Below are positions 45,245 to 55,715 of a stretch of 64,000 bases of DNA, one piece after another. The DNA lies in contig CBDAOY010000009.1 of assembly GCA_965198225.1 (NCBI GenBank), positions 416,001 through 480,000 on the forward strand. The letters run 5' to 3'. This DNA is from Terriglobia bacterium. GTDB lineage: Bacteria > Acidobacteriota > Terriglobia > 20CM-2-55-15. Positions within the stretch are counted from its first letter, which is position 1. Each line of letters starts with the position of its first letter. The notes under the pieces were generated by a model. It searched no databases, was not told where the DNA came from, and saw only the letters and a program-made list of their open reading frames with translations. A program made the translations under genes and the position numbers.

Positions 45245-47116
45245 CTACCCGATAATGGCCAGCCGGTTGTTCAACTCCTCGTAGAGCTGTTCGACCTCGT
45301 GTTTCAGGTCCGCATAGTGTCGGTTCGTCTTGTCCCAATCCGTCTCAGGAGACGGCTTCTGAAAAAGACCTTCGATTTCCGCAATCTTTCCTTCCGCGAC
45401 TGCGATCTGCGCCTCGAGTTCATGGACCTCCCGTATCAATCGCTCCCGTCGATTCTTACTGAGGCTTGGAACTTCCTTCCCGGGTTGTTGGTTCGCCGAC
45501 GCTTCTTTCTTTTCCGGTTTCGAGGCGATCGAAGAGGCCAGCCATGCTTCGAAGTCGTCGAAACGATCGAACGACTGTGCTTTCTCCCCGTCGAGGTAGA
45601 TGATGTGACTCGCGATCTTCTGCACCAGGTAGCGGTCGTGGGTCACGAACAGCATCGTCCCGGGATATTGGTCCAGGGCGATCTCCAGCGCTTCGCGTGA
45701 GGCGATGTCCAGGTGGTTTGTGGGCTCGTCCAGAGCCAGCAGCGTCGGTCCCGCATAGATAATCTTTGCAAGTGAAAGGCGCGACTTCTCCCCGCCGCTC
45801 AGGTCCGAGACTCTTTTGAAGACTTCGTCGCCCTGGAAAAGGAATTGAGCCAGGAACGAGCGCAGTTCGCCGTCGGTCGGCTCGGAGTCCATAGCGCGTA
45901 GTTCTCCCAGGACGGACTCGGACCCGTTCAGGTCCTCCATCTGTTGATCGTAATAGCCGATCTCGAGGCGTTCGTCCCAGGAGAGCTCGCCGCCCAGCGG
46001 CGGTAACCCGCCGACGAGGGACTTCAGCAGCGTCGTCTTGCCTGACCCGTTCGGTCCGACCACGGCCCATCGTTCCCCCCGCTCGACGTCGACGTCCAGT
46101 TTTTTCAGGATCGTGCTGTCGCGATAGCCTACCGAGAGCCCTCGTGCGGTGATCACATACCGGCCGATCCGTGCCGGCGACTGAAATCGAAACTTCACCT
46201 GGTCGGATGCTCCCAGGGGTCGTTCGATCCGCTGGATCCGAGCCAGCGCATTCCTGCGCGACTGGGCCTGGCGCGTTTTCTGCCCTGCGATGTTGCGCCG
46301 GATGTAGTCCTCGGTGCGCGCGATCCATTCCTGCTGTCGCCGCCACTCCTTCCGTTGGAGTTCCATGCGTTCGGCGTGCTGACGGAGGTAGGTGGAATAG
46401 TTTCCCGCGTATTCGTCGATGCCACCCTGCCGCAGGTCCAGGATGCGCGACACGATCCGGTCCAGGAAGAAACGATCGTGCGAGACCATCATCAGTGCAC
46501 GGTCTGTCTCACGCAGGTAGTGTTCCAGCCATTCGATCGAGCGGATGTCGAGATGGTTGGTCGGCTCGTCGAGCAAGAACAGGTCGACGTCGGAGAGCAA
46601 CAGGCAGGCCAGTGCCAGCCGGTTCTTCTCGCCTCCGGACAGCGAGTTGGCCGGTTGGGCGAACTGCTCGCGGCGAAATCCAACACCCAGGAGCGCTGCT
46701 TCGGTCCGTGCCCGGTAGCTGTAACCTCCCTGGAATTCGAACTCATGTTGCAGCTGAGAGTAGCGTTCGAGTAGATCGGGATCCGGCCTATCGGCGATGG
46801 AAGCCTCCATTTCGCCGAGCTGGCTTTCGACGGTACGTAGTCGGGCGAAAGATTCGAGCGCAGAGTCCAGGACGCTGGTGCGTTCGTGGAAGTCGGGAAC
46901 CTGGTCCAGTTTTCCAACCCGCAGGTCGGAAGCGCGAGTCACCGCACCGGAATCCGGTTCCTCCGGACCGGTAATGAGTGAGAGCAGAGTGGTCTTGCCC
47001 GCTCCGTTGGCGCCGATCAGCCCGACCTTCTGTCCGGGCTGAACCTGAAAGGAGATCTCGCGGAGAACGTCGAAAGCGCCGAAGGATTTTGAAACGTCTT
47101 GGAACCGAACGAGCAT
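45245..47116 (-). CDS. ABC-F family ATPase
   Basis: Two ABC domains (GANGAGKTT, LSGGE, DEPTNHLD) with no TM segments. Confidence 0.95.
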   Translation of the reverse strand: MLVRFQDVSKSFGAFDVLREISFQVQPGQKVGLIGANGAGKTTLLSLITGPEEPDSGAVTRASDLRVGKLDQVPDFHERTSVLDSALESFARLRTVESQLGEMEASIADRPDPDLLERYSQLQHEFEFQGGYSYRARTEAALLGVGFRREQFAQPANSLSGGEKNRLALACLLLSDVDLFLLDEPTNHLDIRSIEWLEHYLRETDRALMMVSHDRFFLDRIVSRILDLRQGGIDEYAGNYSTYLRQHAERMELQRKEWRRQQEWIARTEDYIRRNIAGQKTRQAQSRRNALARIQRIERPLGASDQVKFRFQSPARIGRYVITARGLSVGYRDSTILKKLDVDVERGERWAVVGPNGSGKTTLLKSLVGGLPPLGGELSWDERLEIGYYDQQMEDLNGSESVLGELRAMDSEPTDGELRSFLAQFLFQGDEVFKRVSDLSGGEKSRLSLAKIIYAGPTLLALDEPTNHLDIASREALEIALDQYPGTMLFVTHDRYLVQKIASHIIYLDGEKAQSFDRFDDFEAWLASSIASKPEKKEASANQQPGKEVPSLSKNRRERLIREVHELEAQIAVAEGKIAEIEGLFQKPSPETDWDKTNRHYADLKHEVEQLYEELNNRLAIIG

Positions 47117-47117
47117 G

Positions 47118-47391
47118 CTAGTGGCCTGTAACGGAGATGTCGGCACCATCGCCGATGGGTCTTGCCAGTCGAGGTCGAGGAGAGAGGAGGAATTGATGCG
47201 GTTTCATCATGACGACGAACGACAAAGAGATCGACGGCAACCCCCATCGGCCCGGAGGGTTGCGGCGGAATGGTCGGGTCTTCGTTGCCGCGACCATTTA
47301 TTGTAAGACCCGCCTGTCCCGGGTCGTCGGCTCCTAGAATCCGGTGCCGTTCCACCGCAACGCTGGTACCGATATCTCCGTTACAGGCCAC
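47118..47391. mobile_element. MITE family A, long chimeric copy
   Basis: Same TIRs; right part nearly identical to the 28216 copy, left part similar to the reverse complement of the 56211 copy. Confidence 0.8.
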
Positions 47392-47492
47392 GTGTGGTGT
47401 GTCGGGCCCCGGCTCCGGCAGCCATCAGCCGTCAGGAACTCGCGGGCCTCGATTTCAGTGGGGCCGGGGGCGACATATGAGCTGGGTTGGTC

Positions 47493-48692
47493 TCAGGCCG
47501 CCTTGTTGGCGGCCTCGGCGGGACTGAGAAGAATCTCGATGGCCCGATCCAGCTGACGGTCGGTCTCGGAACTGGTTTCGGTCGGGCTTGCGAGCGGATC
47601 GAGGTCCGCCGCTTCGGCGACCTCGATCGTCGGTTCGATACCCTCCTTCTGGATTTCTCGGCCGCTCGGCGTGTAGTAGTTGGCGACCGATAACAGAAGA
47701 GCCCAGCCGTCATCGAGCGGCAGAAGCCGTTGGACGGTCCCCATGCCGAAGGTTCTCAGACCGACGAGCTGTCCGCGGCCGTTCTCTGCGATCGCCGCTG
47801 CCGCCATCTCCGCCGCATCTGCCGTCCCCTGGTTTATCAGGACGACGAGCGGCAGCTCGGATATCGCGTTTCCCGCTTTGGCGGTAAAGGTCTCGCGCTC
47901 GACGGTCTGGCCGTCGAGATAACCCAGCGTGCCGGATTCGACAAAGAGGTTTGCGAGCTCGAAAGCCTCCTGTGGCGTCCCTCCCGCGGTGTTTCTCAAG
48001 TCCAGGACGATATGCGCCGCGCCCTGTTCAGTCAGAGATTCCAGCTTCCTCTTGGCTTCCAGCGCCTTGCCTGGCGCCAGTACCGGGACCTTGAGGTAAC
48101 CGACCTCCTGGTCCAGGAGCCGGGTTTCGACGGCTGGTGGCTCGACGACGGCCCGGGTCAGTGTGACTATTTCGGGCGCGGGCCGTCGTCGTCGGATGAT
48201 CGCCAGCTCGACTTCGCTGCCCGCCGAGCCCGCCAGCAATTGCCGGACCTCCACGAGGTTGTGCTCGCGTAGCGACTCGCCCCCGATGGCCTCGATGGTG
48301 TCTCCCGTGCCGAAACCCGCCCGCGAGGCAGGTCCACCTGGAACCGCCGAGACGATCATCGGATAATCGAACTTCTTGGCCAGGGTGACGCCGATGCCCG
48401 CGCCTGTCCGGGGATCAAAATCTTCGTAAAACCTGACCGACTCCGGAGAGAGATAGCAGCCATGGGGGTCAACCCGCTCGACCATGCCGCGGATCGCGCC
48501 CGCGAACGCATCGGTCAAGCTGGGATCGTCGACGTAGTCGTTCTGGATACGGTTGATCACTTCCATGAATATGGACAGTTTCTGATACGAACCATTCTGG
48601 GCGCTGGCTCGTCCCATCATCCCGCCGACGATGGCGTAGACGACCACCACAGACGAAATCAGCAAGATCGTGTACTTGGTCTTCGAGTGCAA
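47493..48692 (-). CDS. S41 family C-terminal processing protease (PDZ)
   Basis: VLDLRNTAGG, LINQGTADAAE, RTFGMG, YYTPSG; usual catalytic Ser and Lys positions appear as Asp and Met. Confidence 0.85.
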   Translation of the reverse strand: MHSKTKYTILLISSVVVVYAIVGGMMGRASAQNGSYQKLSIFMEVINRIQNDYVDDPSLTDAFAGAIRGMVERVDPHGCYLSPESVRFYEDFDPRTGAGIGVTLAKKFDYPMIVSAVPGGPASRAGFGTGDTIEAIGGESLREHNLVEVRQLLAGSAGSEVELAIIRRRRPAPEIVTLTRAVVEPPAVETRLLDQEVGYLKVPVLAPGKALEAKRKLESLTEQGAAHIVLDLRNTAGGTPQEAFELANLFVESGTLGYLDGQTVERETFTAKAGNAISELPLVVLINQGTADAAEMAAAAIAENGRGQLVGLRTFGMGTVQRLLPLDDGWALLLSVANYYTPSGREIQKEGIEPTIEVAEAADLDPLASPTETSSETDRQLDRAIEILLSPAEAANKAA

Positions 48693-48789
48693 CTGAAACC
48701 TCCAGATGACGCGCTATCCGATGATTATAGCTTGAGCGGTTCCGCCCACGAGTCCCTTTTTTGTGCGGGGGGCGGGTTATCATTAGGGC

Positions 48790-49209
48790 GTGGAAACGAC
48801 ACGCATCATGGCGTTAGACGTGGGAGACAGGAAAATCGGTATAGCGATTACCGACCCGCTCGGAATGACCGTTCAGGGGCGTCCCACGCTGATCCGGACC
48901 CAGGTCGAGGCGGATATCGAGCACATCCGGCGCCTGGCCACCGCGAACGAGGTCGGCAAGATCGTGGTGGGGCACCCGCTGCACATGGACGGCACCGTCT
49001 CTTCCCAGAGCAGGAAGACCGAAGCTTTTGCCGAGTGCCTGAAGAAAGTTCTCCCGACCCCGGTGGCACTCTGGGACGAACGTCTGACGAGTTTCGCCGC
49101 CGAACAGCATCTTGAAGAACTTGGCCTGGACTGGAGAGGCCGCCGGAAGCACGTCGACGAGGTGGCCGCTGTGCTGATTCTCGAGGACTACCTGGGAACA
49201 CATTCATGA
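48790..49209 (+). CDS. ruvX: YqgF/RuvX pre-16S rRNA nuclease
   Basis: ALDVGDRKIGIAITD, WDERLTS, VDEVAAVLILE. Confidence 0.93.
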   Translation: METTRIMALDVGDRKIGIAITDPLGMTVQGRPTLIRTQVEADIEHIRRLATANEVGKIVVGHPLHMDGTVSSQSRKTEAFAECLKKVLPTPVALWDERLTSFAAEQHLEELGLDWRGRRKHVDEVAAVLILEDYLGTHS

Positions 49210-50219
49210 AAAGGGTTCTCCTGTTCCTGGTCATTCTGCTCGCGGTGGCCGCCGCGGGCTCGCTCGGCTACGGATGGTCCCTCGTCGAGCAGCCATACCG
49301 CGGGTATTCCGAGGGAATCGTCGTGGATGTCCCCGCCGGCTTCGGGTCTGAAGAAATCGTCGAACTGCTTCTCGCCAGGGGTGTCCTCCAACACCGGTAT
49401 GCCTCGCTGGGCTACCTGTACTTCAGTCCCTATCGCGGAAAGCTGCAGGCAGGGGAGTATCTGTTTGACGAGGCGTTGAACGTCGAGGGCGTCTTCGGAA
49501 AGCTGGCCCGTGGAGAGATCCGACTTCACACGTTCACTGTGCCGGAAGGTCTGATTCTGGTCGAGATAGCGGACTTGTGGGAGGCGGCCCAATTGGGCTC
49601 CAGCGATGGGTTCCTCGATGCGGTGAAAGCCGCTCTGCCCGCGGTCCAGGAGTTCGAGGCCGAGGCCGCTTCGGTCGAAGGCTACCTGTTTCCAGAGACA
49701 TACTCATTCCGGCGCGGTGTGACCGCAGCCGAGGCAGTCGATGCGATGTTGCGGGGCTTCGGCAGCGCCGTAAGTCGGCTCGAGGATGCGGTGGCCCGGG
49801 GCGATTGGCCGCTTAATCTGCGGGACGCGCTGATCATGGCTTCCCTCATCGAGAGCGAAGCAGCGGTGGCGGACGAACGCGAGCTGATTTCATCGGTTTT
49901 TCATAACCGGTTGCGGAGGGGCATGCTGTTGGAGTGCGATCCGACCGTGATCTACGCGCTCCGCCTGGACGGGAGCTATCGCGGCCGTCTCCTGAGGGTC
50001 GACCTGGATTTCGACTCGCCCTACAACACCTACATGTATCCCAAACTTCCTCCGGGCCCCATCGGCAATCCCGGTTACGACTCCCTCCTGGCCGCCATCT
50101 CCCCCGCCGAGACCGATTTCCTGTTCTTTGTCCGCACCGATGGCGGGCGACATACTTTCTCCAGGACACTGGCCGAGCACAACCGTGCCGTTGCCGCCTA
50201 CCGGCGAAGCACTCGTTAG
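49206..50219 (+). CDS. mltG: Endolytic transglycosylase MltG
   Basis: EGYLFPETY, MASLIESE, SPYNTY, LPPGPIGNPG. Confidence 0.95.
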   Translation: MKRVLLFLVILLAVAAAGSLGYGWSLVEQPYRGYSEGIVVDVPAGFGSEEIVELLLARGVLQHRYASLGYLYFSPYRGKLQAGEYLFDEALNVEGVFGKLARGEIRLHTFTVPEGLILVEIADLWEAAQLGSSDGFLDAVKAALPAVQEFEAEAASVEGYLFPETYSFRRGVTAAEAVDAMLRGFGSAVSRLEDAVARGDWPLNLRDALIMASLIESEAAVADERELISSVFHNRLRRGMLLECDPTVIYALRLDGSYRGRLLRVDLDFDSPYNTYMYPKLPPGPIGNPGYDSLLAAISPAETDFLFFVRTDGGRHTFSRTLAEHNRAVAAYRRSTR

Positions 50220-50225
50220 CTATAG

Positions 50226-50316
50226 GTCCAAGGTCCGACGTCCAAGGTCCAAAGTATCCGGAGGGTTGTTGACACCTGGACTCTGGACTCCCATCACCGA
50301 GTTGGACCTCGGACGA
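50226..50316. repeat. Inverted heptamer tandem repeats (GTCCAAG)n / (TGGACTC)n
   Basis: GTCCAAG GTCCGAC GTCCAAG GTCCAAA, then complementary units downstream. Confidence 0.6.
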
Positions 50317-50382
50317 TTGGGCGGCAGCCGCGGGCCCCAGAAACGTGTCTGGCCGTGACTCATGTGTGCCGCCATCACCGAG

Positions 50383-50714
50383 TTAGCGCAGGTACTCGTT
50401 GAAAAAGGCGATTGTCCGGTCCCAGGCCAGCATGGCCGCCTCTTCGTCGAACCGAGGTGTCGTGTCGTTGTGGAAGCCGTGATTCGTCGCCGGGTACATG
50501 TGTGCCGCGTGCCGTCGCACGTCTTGTGGTTAACCTTCAGGGCTTCCTCATAAGCCGGCCATCCCGCGTTGATCCGCTCATCCATCTCCGCATAGTGGAG
50601 CAGGAGGGGCGCATTGATCTTCCCCACGCCTTCGACTGACGGCTGACCTCCGTAGAATGGCACCGCGGCCGCCAGGTCCGGGATTCGTACGGCGAGCGTG
50701 TTGGTCATGCTGGT
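50383..50714 (-). pseudogene. Dienelactone hydrolase (YghX-like) C-terminal fragment, frameshifted
   Basis: [23 protein letters not shown], frame change, then [24 protein letters not shown]; N-terminus absent. Confidence 0.8.
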
Positions 50715-50716
50715 CA

Positions 50717-52435
50717 CTAGTTTGCCGCTTGCGTGGTCAGGTCGGAATGTCGGTAGACTACGTTTCCTCCGACGATTGTCATCAGAACCCGGATGTCGTC
50801 GATTTGCTCCTCGGCGCAGGTGAGAATGTCGTCCGAAAGCACAATCATGTCGGCGAGCTTGCCCTCTTCGATCGATCCCTTGACCTCGTCCTCGAAAGTC
50901 AGGCGGGCGTTGCCGAGCGACATCAAGCGGAGGGCTTCTTCGCGTCCGACCCTCTGGTCGGGACCGGCGATTCCGGCACTGATCGTGCCCCGTGTGATGA
51001 AGTGATACAGCACCCACATCGGCTGGTATGGAATTACTGGCGAATCGGTGCCCAGCGAGACGTCCAGGCCGGCGTCCACATAGGTCCGAATTGGCGTGAC
51101 CCGGTCGGCTCGGTCCACGCCCCAGTACTTGCGGAGGCTCGGAGCGGCGACGTAGAGATGGTTCTGTGCGGAAATGTGCAGTCCCAACGTCCTCATCCGG
51201 GGAAACTGGTCCTCCGCGACAACGAACCCGTGTTCGATAGCCCATCGCTTGCCATTGATGGGGGAGTCCTGGTGGGCCGCTTCGTAGGCGTCCAGAACGA
51301 GGTCGATCGCAGCATCGCCGACCGCATGGGTTGCGACGCGCCAGCCCTGGGCGTTCAATGCCCGAACGAGTGCGGTGTAGGGCTCCGTCGGGAAAGTCTG
51401 CAGGCCGTTGAACGTCCCGCCTTTCCCCCAGGGTTCCTCATATGGCTCGCGCATCCAGCCGCCCTCGAAGCCCCCGTCGACGCCGAGTTTGATGCCTGCT
51501 ACGCGCACCCATTCATCGCCGTCGTTCGGTCTGATTCCCCACTCCGAAAAGGTCTCGCCGAGAGTGTAGGGATCGGTTGATCCGCCCAAACGGAGCAGGA
51601 CGCTGGCTCGCATGGTTAGAAGCCCTCGCTCCTTGAGGTCGCCGAGCATTCGGTACGTCTCCGGAGAACCGCCGCCGTAACGCACGCTGGTCAGGCCCGC
51701 TTCGTTCAGGGTTCCGAGCTCCGCGGCGAGCGCCGTGAGCCGCTCCTCATAGTCCGGTCGTTCGCCGCCGCCGCGGGGCAGCGGTACCAGGCTCTTCGCC
51801 CGGTCGACGAGCTCACCATTCAGTCTGCCGTCGTCATACCGCCCGATCACGCCGCCTTCGGGCTCGGGGGTTGCCGTTGTGATGTCCCAGCGTGCCAGCG
51901 CGGCGCTGTTCAGGACGTATTCGTGTCCGCCACGGACAACGACGACCGCATGGTCGGGAGCGGCTTTGTCCAGGTCGTCGCGGTAGGGGAGACGTTGTTC
52001 GACGAGCTGCCCTTCATGCCAGTCGCTGTTCGTGCGGATGATCTCTCCGGCCGGGGTTCGAGCGGCCCGGGCCGCGACCGCGTCATGGACATCCTGAAGG
52101 CTGCGGGCGCCAGACAGGTCGACCCCGGTCCCACCGCCCAATCCGTGGAAGTGATTATCCGCCAGGCCGGGTACCACGGTCCGACCGTCCAGATCGATCT
52201 GTTCGGTCTCCGGGCCGGCCATCGCCCGAATACGGGCGTCGGTACCGACGGCGACCACACGCCCTTCAGTCACAGCGACAGCTTCGGCTTCGGTGGACTG
52301 GGGGTCGAGCGTTACGATGTGTCCGTTGTAGGCGATGAGATCCGGCGGTGGCCCTGACGGCGGCCGCGCACAGGCCGATAACGCCGGGATCGCTGCGAGG
52401 CACAGAATCAGGAGATGGAATGCGCGGTCAGTCAT
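50717..52435 (-). CDS. Amidohydrolase-3 family protein (lipoprotein-like signal)
   Basis: [34 protein letters not shown]. Confidence 0.9.
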   Translation of the reverse strand: MTDRAFHLLILCLAAIPALSACARPPSGPPPDLIAYNGHIVTLDPQSTEAEAVAVTEGRVVAVGTDARIRAMAGPETEQIDLDGRTVVPGLADNHFHGLGGGTGVDLSGARSLQDVHDAVAARAARTPAGEIIRTNSDWHEGQLVEQRLPYRDDLDKAAPDHAVVVVRGGHEYVLNSAALARWDITTATPEPEGGVIGRYDDGRLNGELVDRAKSLVPLPRGGGERPDYEERLTALAAELGTLNEAGLTSVRYGGGSPETYRMLGDLKERGLLTMRASVLLRLGGSTDPYTLGETFSEWGIRPNDGDEWVRVAGIKLGVDGGFEGGWMREPYEEPWGKGGTFNGLQTFPTEPYTALVRALNAQGWRVATHAVGDAAIDLVLDAYEAAHQDSPINGKRWAIEHGFVVAEDQFPRMRTLGLHISAQNHLYVAAPSLRKYWGVDRADRVTPIRTYVDAGLDVSLGTDSPVIPYQPMWVLYHFITRGTISAGIAGPDQRVGREEALRLMSLGNARLTFEDEVKGSIEEGKLADMIVLSDDILTCAEEQIDDIRVLMTIVGGNVVYRHSDLTTQAAN

Positions 52436-52583
52436 GGAGCGGACCTCCGATTTGTGGGGTCGGTTTCGGCACTATATCACCGAGGTGTTCAGCTCTCAGC
52501 AGCTGGTTTTGCCGTTGATCTGGGCGATAGCTGAGAACTGCAGACCGAACGCCGTGGCGATCAGCCAAGCGCCGACAAGCTGG

Positions 52584-53141
52584 CTACGGAAAGGCGGGAT
52601 TCTTCCGGTACTCGGCCAGGCTCTGGCTGATCTGGTCGCGCTCGGAGAGGATCGGGTCTTTGATCGGCCAGTCCACCCCGACATCAGGGTCGTTCCAGCG
52701 GACCCCTCCCTCCGACGGAGGGGTGTAAAAACCGGTTTGCTTGTACTGCACCTCGGCGATGTCGGAAACGGTTGCGAAGCCGTGGGCGAAGCCGACGGGG
52801 ACGTAGATCTGCCGCTTGTTCTCCGCGTTGAGCTCGATGCCGAACCAGCTTCCGAAACTGGATGAGCTCATCCGAAGGTCCACGACGACGTCGAATATCC
52901 GGCCGACGGTGCATCGGAGCAGCTTTCCCATGGGCGCGGTCATGTCCTGGTAGTGCAAGCCCCGCAGCACGCCCTTTCCGGAGCGCGAATGGCCTTCCTG
53001 GACGAACGTCAGGTCCAGACCTGCGGCGGCGAAATCCCGCTGATGCCAGGATTCGATGAAAAACCCCCTTTCGTCTTCGAAGTAGTCGATATCGATAACA
53101 AACAGATCCTTCAGGGGAGTCGTTGTCAGGGTTGTCTTCAT
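52584..53141 (-). CDS. rfbC: dTDP-4-dehydrorhamnose 3,5-epimerase
   Basis: DERGFF, GVLRGLHYQ, GFAHGF, WNDPDVGVDWP. Confidence 0.95.
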   Translation of the reverse strand: MKTTLTTTPLKDLFVIDIDYFEDERGFFIESWHQRDFAAAGLDLTFVQEGHSRSGKGVLRGLHYQDMTAPMGKLLRCTVGRIFDVVVDLRMSSSSFGSWFGIELNAENKRQIYVPVGFAHGFATVSDIAEVQYKQTGFYTPPSEGGVRWNDPDVGVDWPIKDPILSERDQISQSLAEYRKNPAFP

Positions 53142-53178
53142 TCCGGAGATGATCCTCGTTTGGGCCGGCGTGTTCCCT

Positions 53179-54855
53179 CTACTGAGCGGATCGGGTGAAC
53201 CGGTACCGGTAGAACCGCTCCGGCCGCAGCAGGAACTCGATCTGTTCGGCGCCGCGCCGGACGATGAGGCGAACATCGTCGCCGTTTCCGCTTGATATGC
53301 GGCGCAGTTCTTCCTCGAGCCTGCCGCGATCCGGGATGGGGGTGCCGGCGAGTTCGACGACGACATCATTCTCCCGGACTCCGGCAACCCAGGCCGGTCC
53401 CTCCCGATCCGGGGCCCGGACAGCGGCCTGACCTCCGGGATCGCCCACGTCGAAGATGCCCAACGAATAGCCGTCCTCCGCGATTCGTTCGATCCGGTAT
53501 CCTGCGTCGACCATCACGCCTTCCAGAGTTCCACGGTAGCCTTCGCGGGAGAACCGCCCGAGCACGGTGACGAGCGCGGCGCCGCCGACATCGTTCAAGG
53601 CTTCCAGGACGTCCTCGTAACCATACAACTCGCCCCGCTCGGCATTGTTGCGGTTCTGTGCCAGGGTGCGCATGATGTCGTCGAGTTGGGCTTCGCCCTT
53701 CGAGCCCAGGTAGGTGTCGAGCAGGAAGCCGGCCAGAGCGCCCTTGGTGTAGACGAGGTTCCGGGCTCGCGAGTCCTCAAAGTAACGGTTCCCGGCCTCT
53801 CGCAGTGGAGTCTCGCGCAGAAAGCTTGCATTCAGGCGCCGATACTTGCCGGCGAGTTCGGCGAGCATTTCCTCTTCCGAGATGAGCCCGGCACGCAGCA
53901 GGTTCTTTTGAGCGTAGTAATCGGTGACCCCTTCGCTGACCCAGAGCACGTCGTAATCCCTGTATCCCAGCAGCCCGTCTCCGCCGCTCCACAGGTGGAA
54001 CGATTCGTGAGCGATCAGGTTTCGGAAGGCGACGTGGTCCGAGAGCCTCCGATCACGAGGCATCACGAGGTTGATGCTGTTGTGGAACGCGTTGCCCGAC
54101 GTCACACCGTTTTCGTAGAAGAAGTCCCCGATCACCAGCAACCGTCGGAACGGCACCATTCCGAAAGTCTCCCGGTGAGTGTCGAGGATCCGGAAAAGAA
54201 AGCGCCGAACGTCGACGTCGTCGCTCATCCCCCTGCCCCGGAACGCGGTGTGGACTTCTACATCTCCCAGCCGGCTGGTCTCGATCCGGTAGTCGCCGGC
54301 GACGGAAATGGAATAGATCAGCTCGTCCAGGTCCGACCCGTCAAAGCGGTATTCCGGGTCGCCGACCCCCCAACTCGTGGCGAGATCCCATTCCTCCGGC
54401 CGCGCGAAACGCACGCGCACCAGATCCACGGTCTCTTCCGCCGGATAGATCAGCGTTGATGCGCCAGGGATAAACGCATGCACGGCGTCGATTGTCGGCA
54501 ACGTGCGGCCCCGGGATCGATCGAAGCCAGAGAGGTCCAGGCGATAGGAAAGCGTGAGGGAGTCTTTGCCGACCGTCGGTATGACAGCCACCCAGGAGTG
54601 TGGACCATCCACGGGTTTACCGTCGGCTCGGAGGTCGCGTACCGCTCTGTAGTAATCTTCTATTCCGCCGTAGTCCGCGGTCAGTTGAATGCGGAGAGAA
54701 TCGCTCTCGATGCCCTCGAGCGTCAGGGAGATCGGGATCGTCGGCGCACCGGGTTCGATGCCGATCTCGTAGGTCAGGTCGAGGGCCTCAGCAGCGGCTC
54801 CGTACGGGAACCCGATCGCGGCAGCCAGCAGGATCAGAAGGCGCGGCCCCATCAA
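53179..54855 (-). CDS. M61-like zinc metallopeptidase with PDZ domain
   Basis: AHESFHLW, WVSEGVTDYY, YTKGAL, C-terminal PDZ. Confidence 0.85.
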   Translation of the reverse strand: MMGPRLLILLAAAIGFPYGAAAEALDLTYEIGIEPGAPTIPISLTLEGIESDSLRIQLTADYGGIEDYYRAVRDLRADGKPVDGPHSWVAVIPTVGKDSLTLSYRLDLSGFDRSRGRTLPTIDAVHAFIPGASTLIYPAEETVDLVRVRFARPEEWDLATSWGVGDPEYRFDGSDLDELIYSISVAGDYRIETSRLGDVEVHTAFRGRGMSDDVDVRRFLFRILDTHRETFGMVPFRRLLVIGDFFYENGVTSGNAFHNSINLVMPRDRRLSDHVAFRNLIAHESFHLWSGGDGLLGYRDYDVLWVSEGVTDYYAQKNLLRAGLISEEEMLAELAGKYRRLNASFLRETPLREAGNRYFEDSRARNLVYTKGALAGFLLDTYLGSKGEAQLDDIMRTLAQNRNNAERGELYGYEDVLEALNDVGGAALVTVLGRFSREGYRGTLEGVMVDAGYRIERIAEDGYSLGIFDVGDPGGQAAVRAPDREGPAWVAGVRENDVVVELAGTPIPDRGRLEEELRRISSGNGDDVRLIVRRGAEQIEFLLRPERFYRYRFTRSAQ

Positions 54856-55664
54856 TTCCTCAAGAGTGCAAAGATTCGTGTCGGGCCGCCTGTGCCATTG
54901 TCGATCTTGATCGGTGCAACGATCAGGTGAGTGCCCGTTGGCGGAAGCTCGCCCAGGTTTGCCACGTTCTCCAGGTGATACTTGTCCCGTGCGTTGGTGA
55001 CGTGGTGGACGTCAAAGCCTTCCGACAGCCCGTAGTCGACGCTGAGCGTGTCGATACCGAGTCCCGCCACGTCGCGCTCGACGAGCAGTTCCGCCGCTTC
55101 GGGCGAGAAACCCGGGAAGTGCAGGGTTCCTTCTTCATCGGCGTTCTTGTAGCTGTCGTAATCCGTCCAGCGCTCGTCCCAGCCCGCGTACATGAAAACG
55201 AAGGTATTCGGCTCGATCCGTCCGTTGGTGCCTTCCCAGTTCAGGACGTCTTCGGTCGTGAGCAGGTAGTCGGGATTCTCGGCCACGGCAGCGCGAGCGT
55301 CGATGACGACAGCGGAGACGATCAGTTGCCGGATCGGAATACTGTCAATCGAGGCCTGGCCCTCCACGAAGTGGTTCGGCGCGTCCAGGTGCGTGCCGGT
55401 GTGTTCGGCCATCATGAAGCGCGCCGCCAGGGCGCCGTTCTCTTCGATTGTTTCGAAAACCTCGTAGGCGAACGGCGCATAGCCCTCTCCGGGCCAGTAC
55501 GGGTTCTTCGCATTCAGCGCGTGCGTCAGGTCCACGACCCGGGTGCTTCCGTCGGCAATGCCCTCGAGAATGCCGGACGGGGCCGCCGCCGGCTCTGGCG
55601 GTGGCGGGGATTGACAGGCCGCCAGCAGGGCGACAAGGCTCAGGATGAAGCTGATTTTCCTCAT
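54852..55664 (-). CDS. Cyclase (kynurenine formamidase-like) family lipoprotein
   Basis: LAAC lipobox, EHTGTHLDAPNHF, IDTLSVD, GGPTRIFA. Confidence 0.9.
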   Translation of the reverse strand: MRKISFILSLVALLAACQSPPPPEPAAAPSGILEGIADGSTRVVDLTHALNAKNPYWPGEGYAPFAYEVFETIEENGALAARFMMAEHTGTHLDAPNHFVEGQASIDSIPIRQLIVSAVVIDARAAVAENPDYLLTTEDVLNWEGTNGRIEPNTFVFMYAGWDERWTDYDSYKNADEEGTLHFPGFSPEAAELLVERDVAGLGIDTLSVDYGLSEGFDVHHVTNARDKYHLENVANLGELPPTGTHLIVAPIKIDNGTGGPTRIFALLRN

Positions 55665-55715
55665 AGTCGGATATACCTCAAATGGAGATTGTGTTCGGCG
55701 TGCTCTAATACGATC

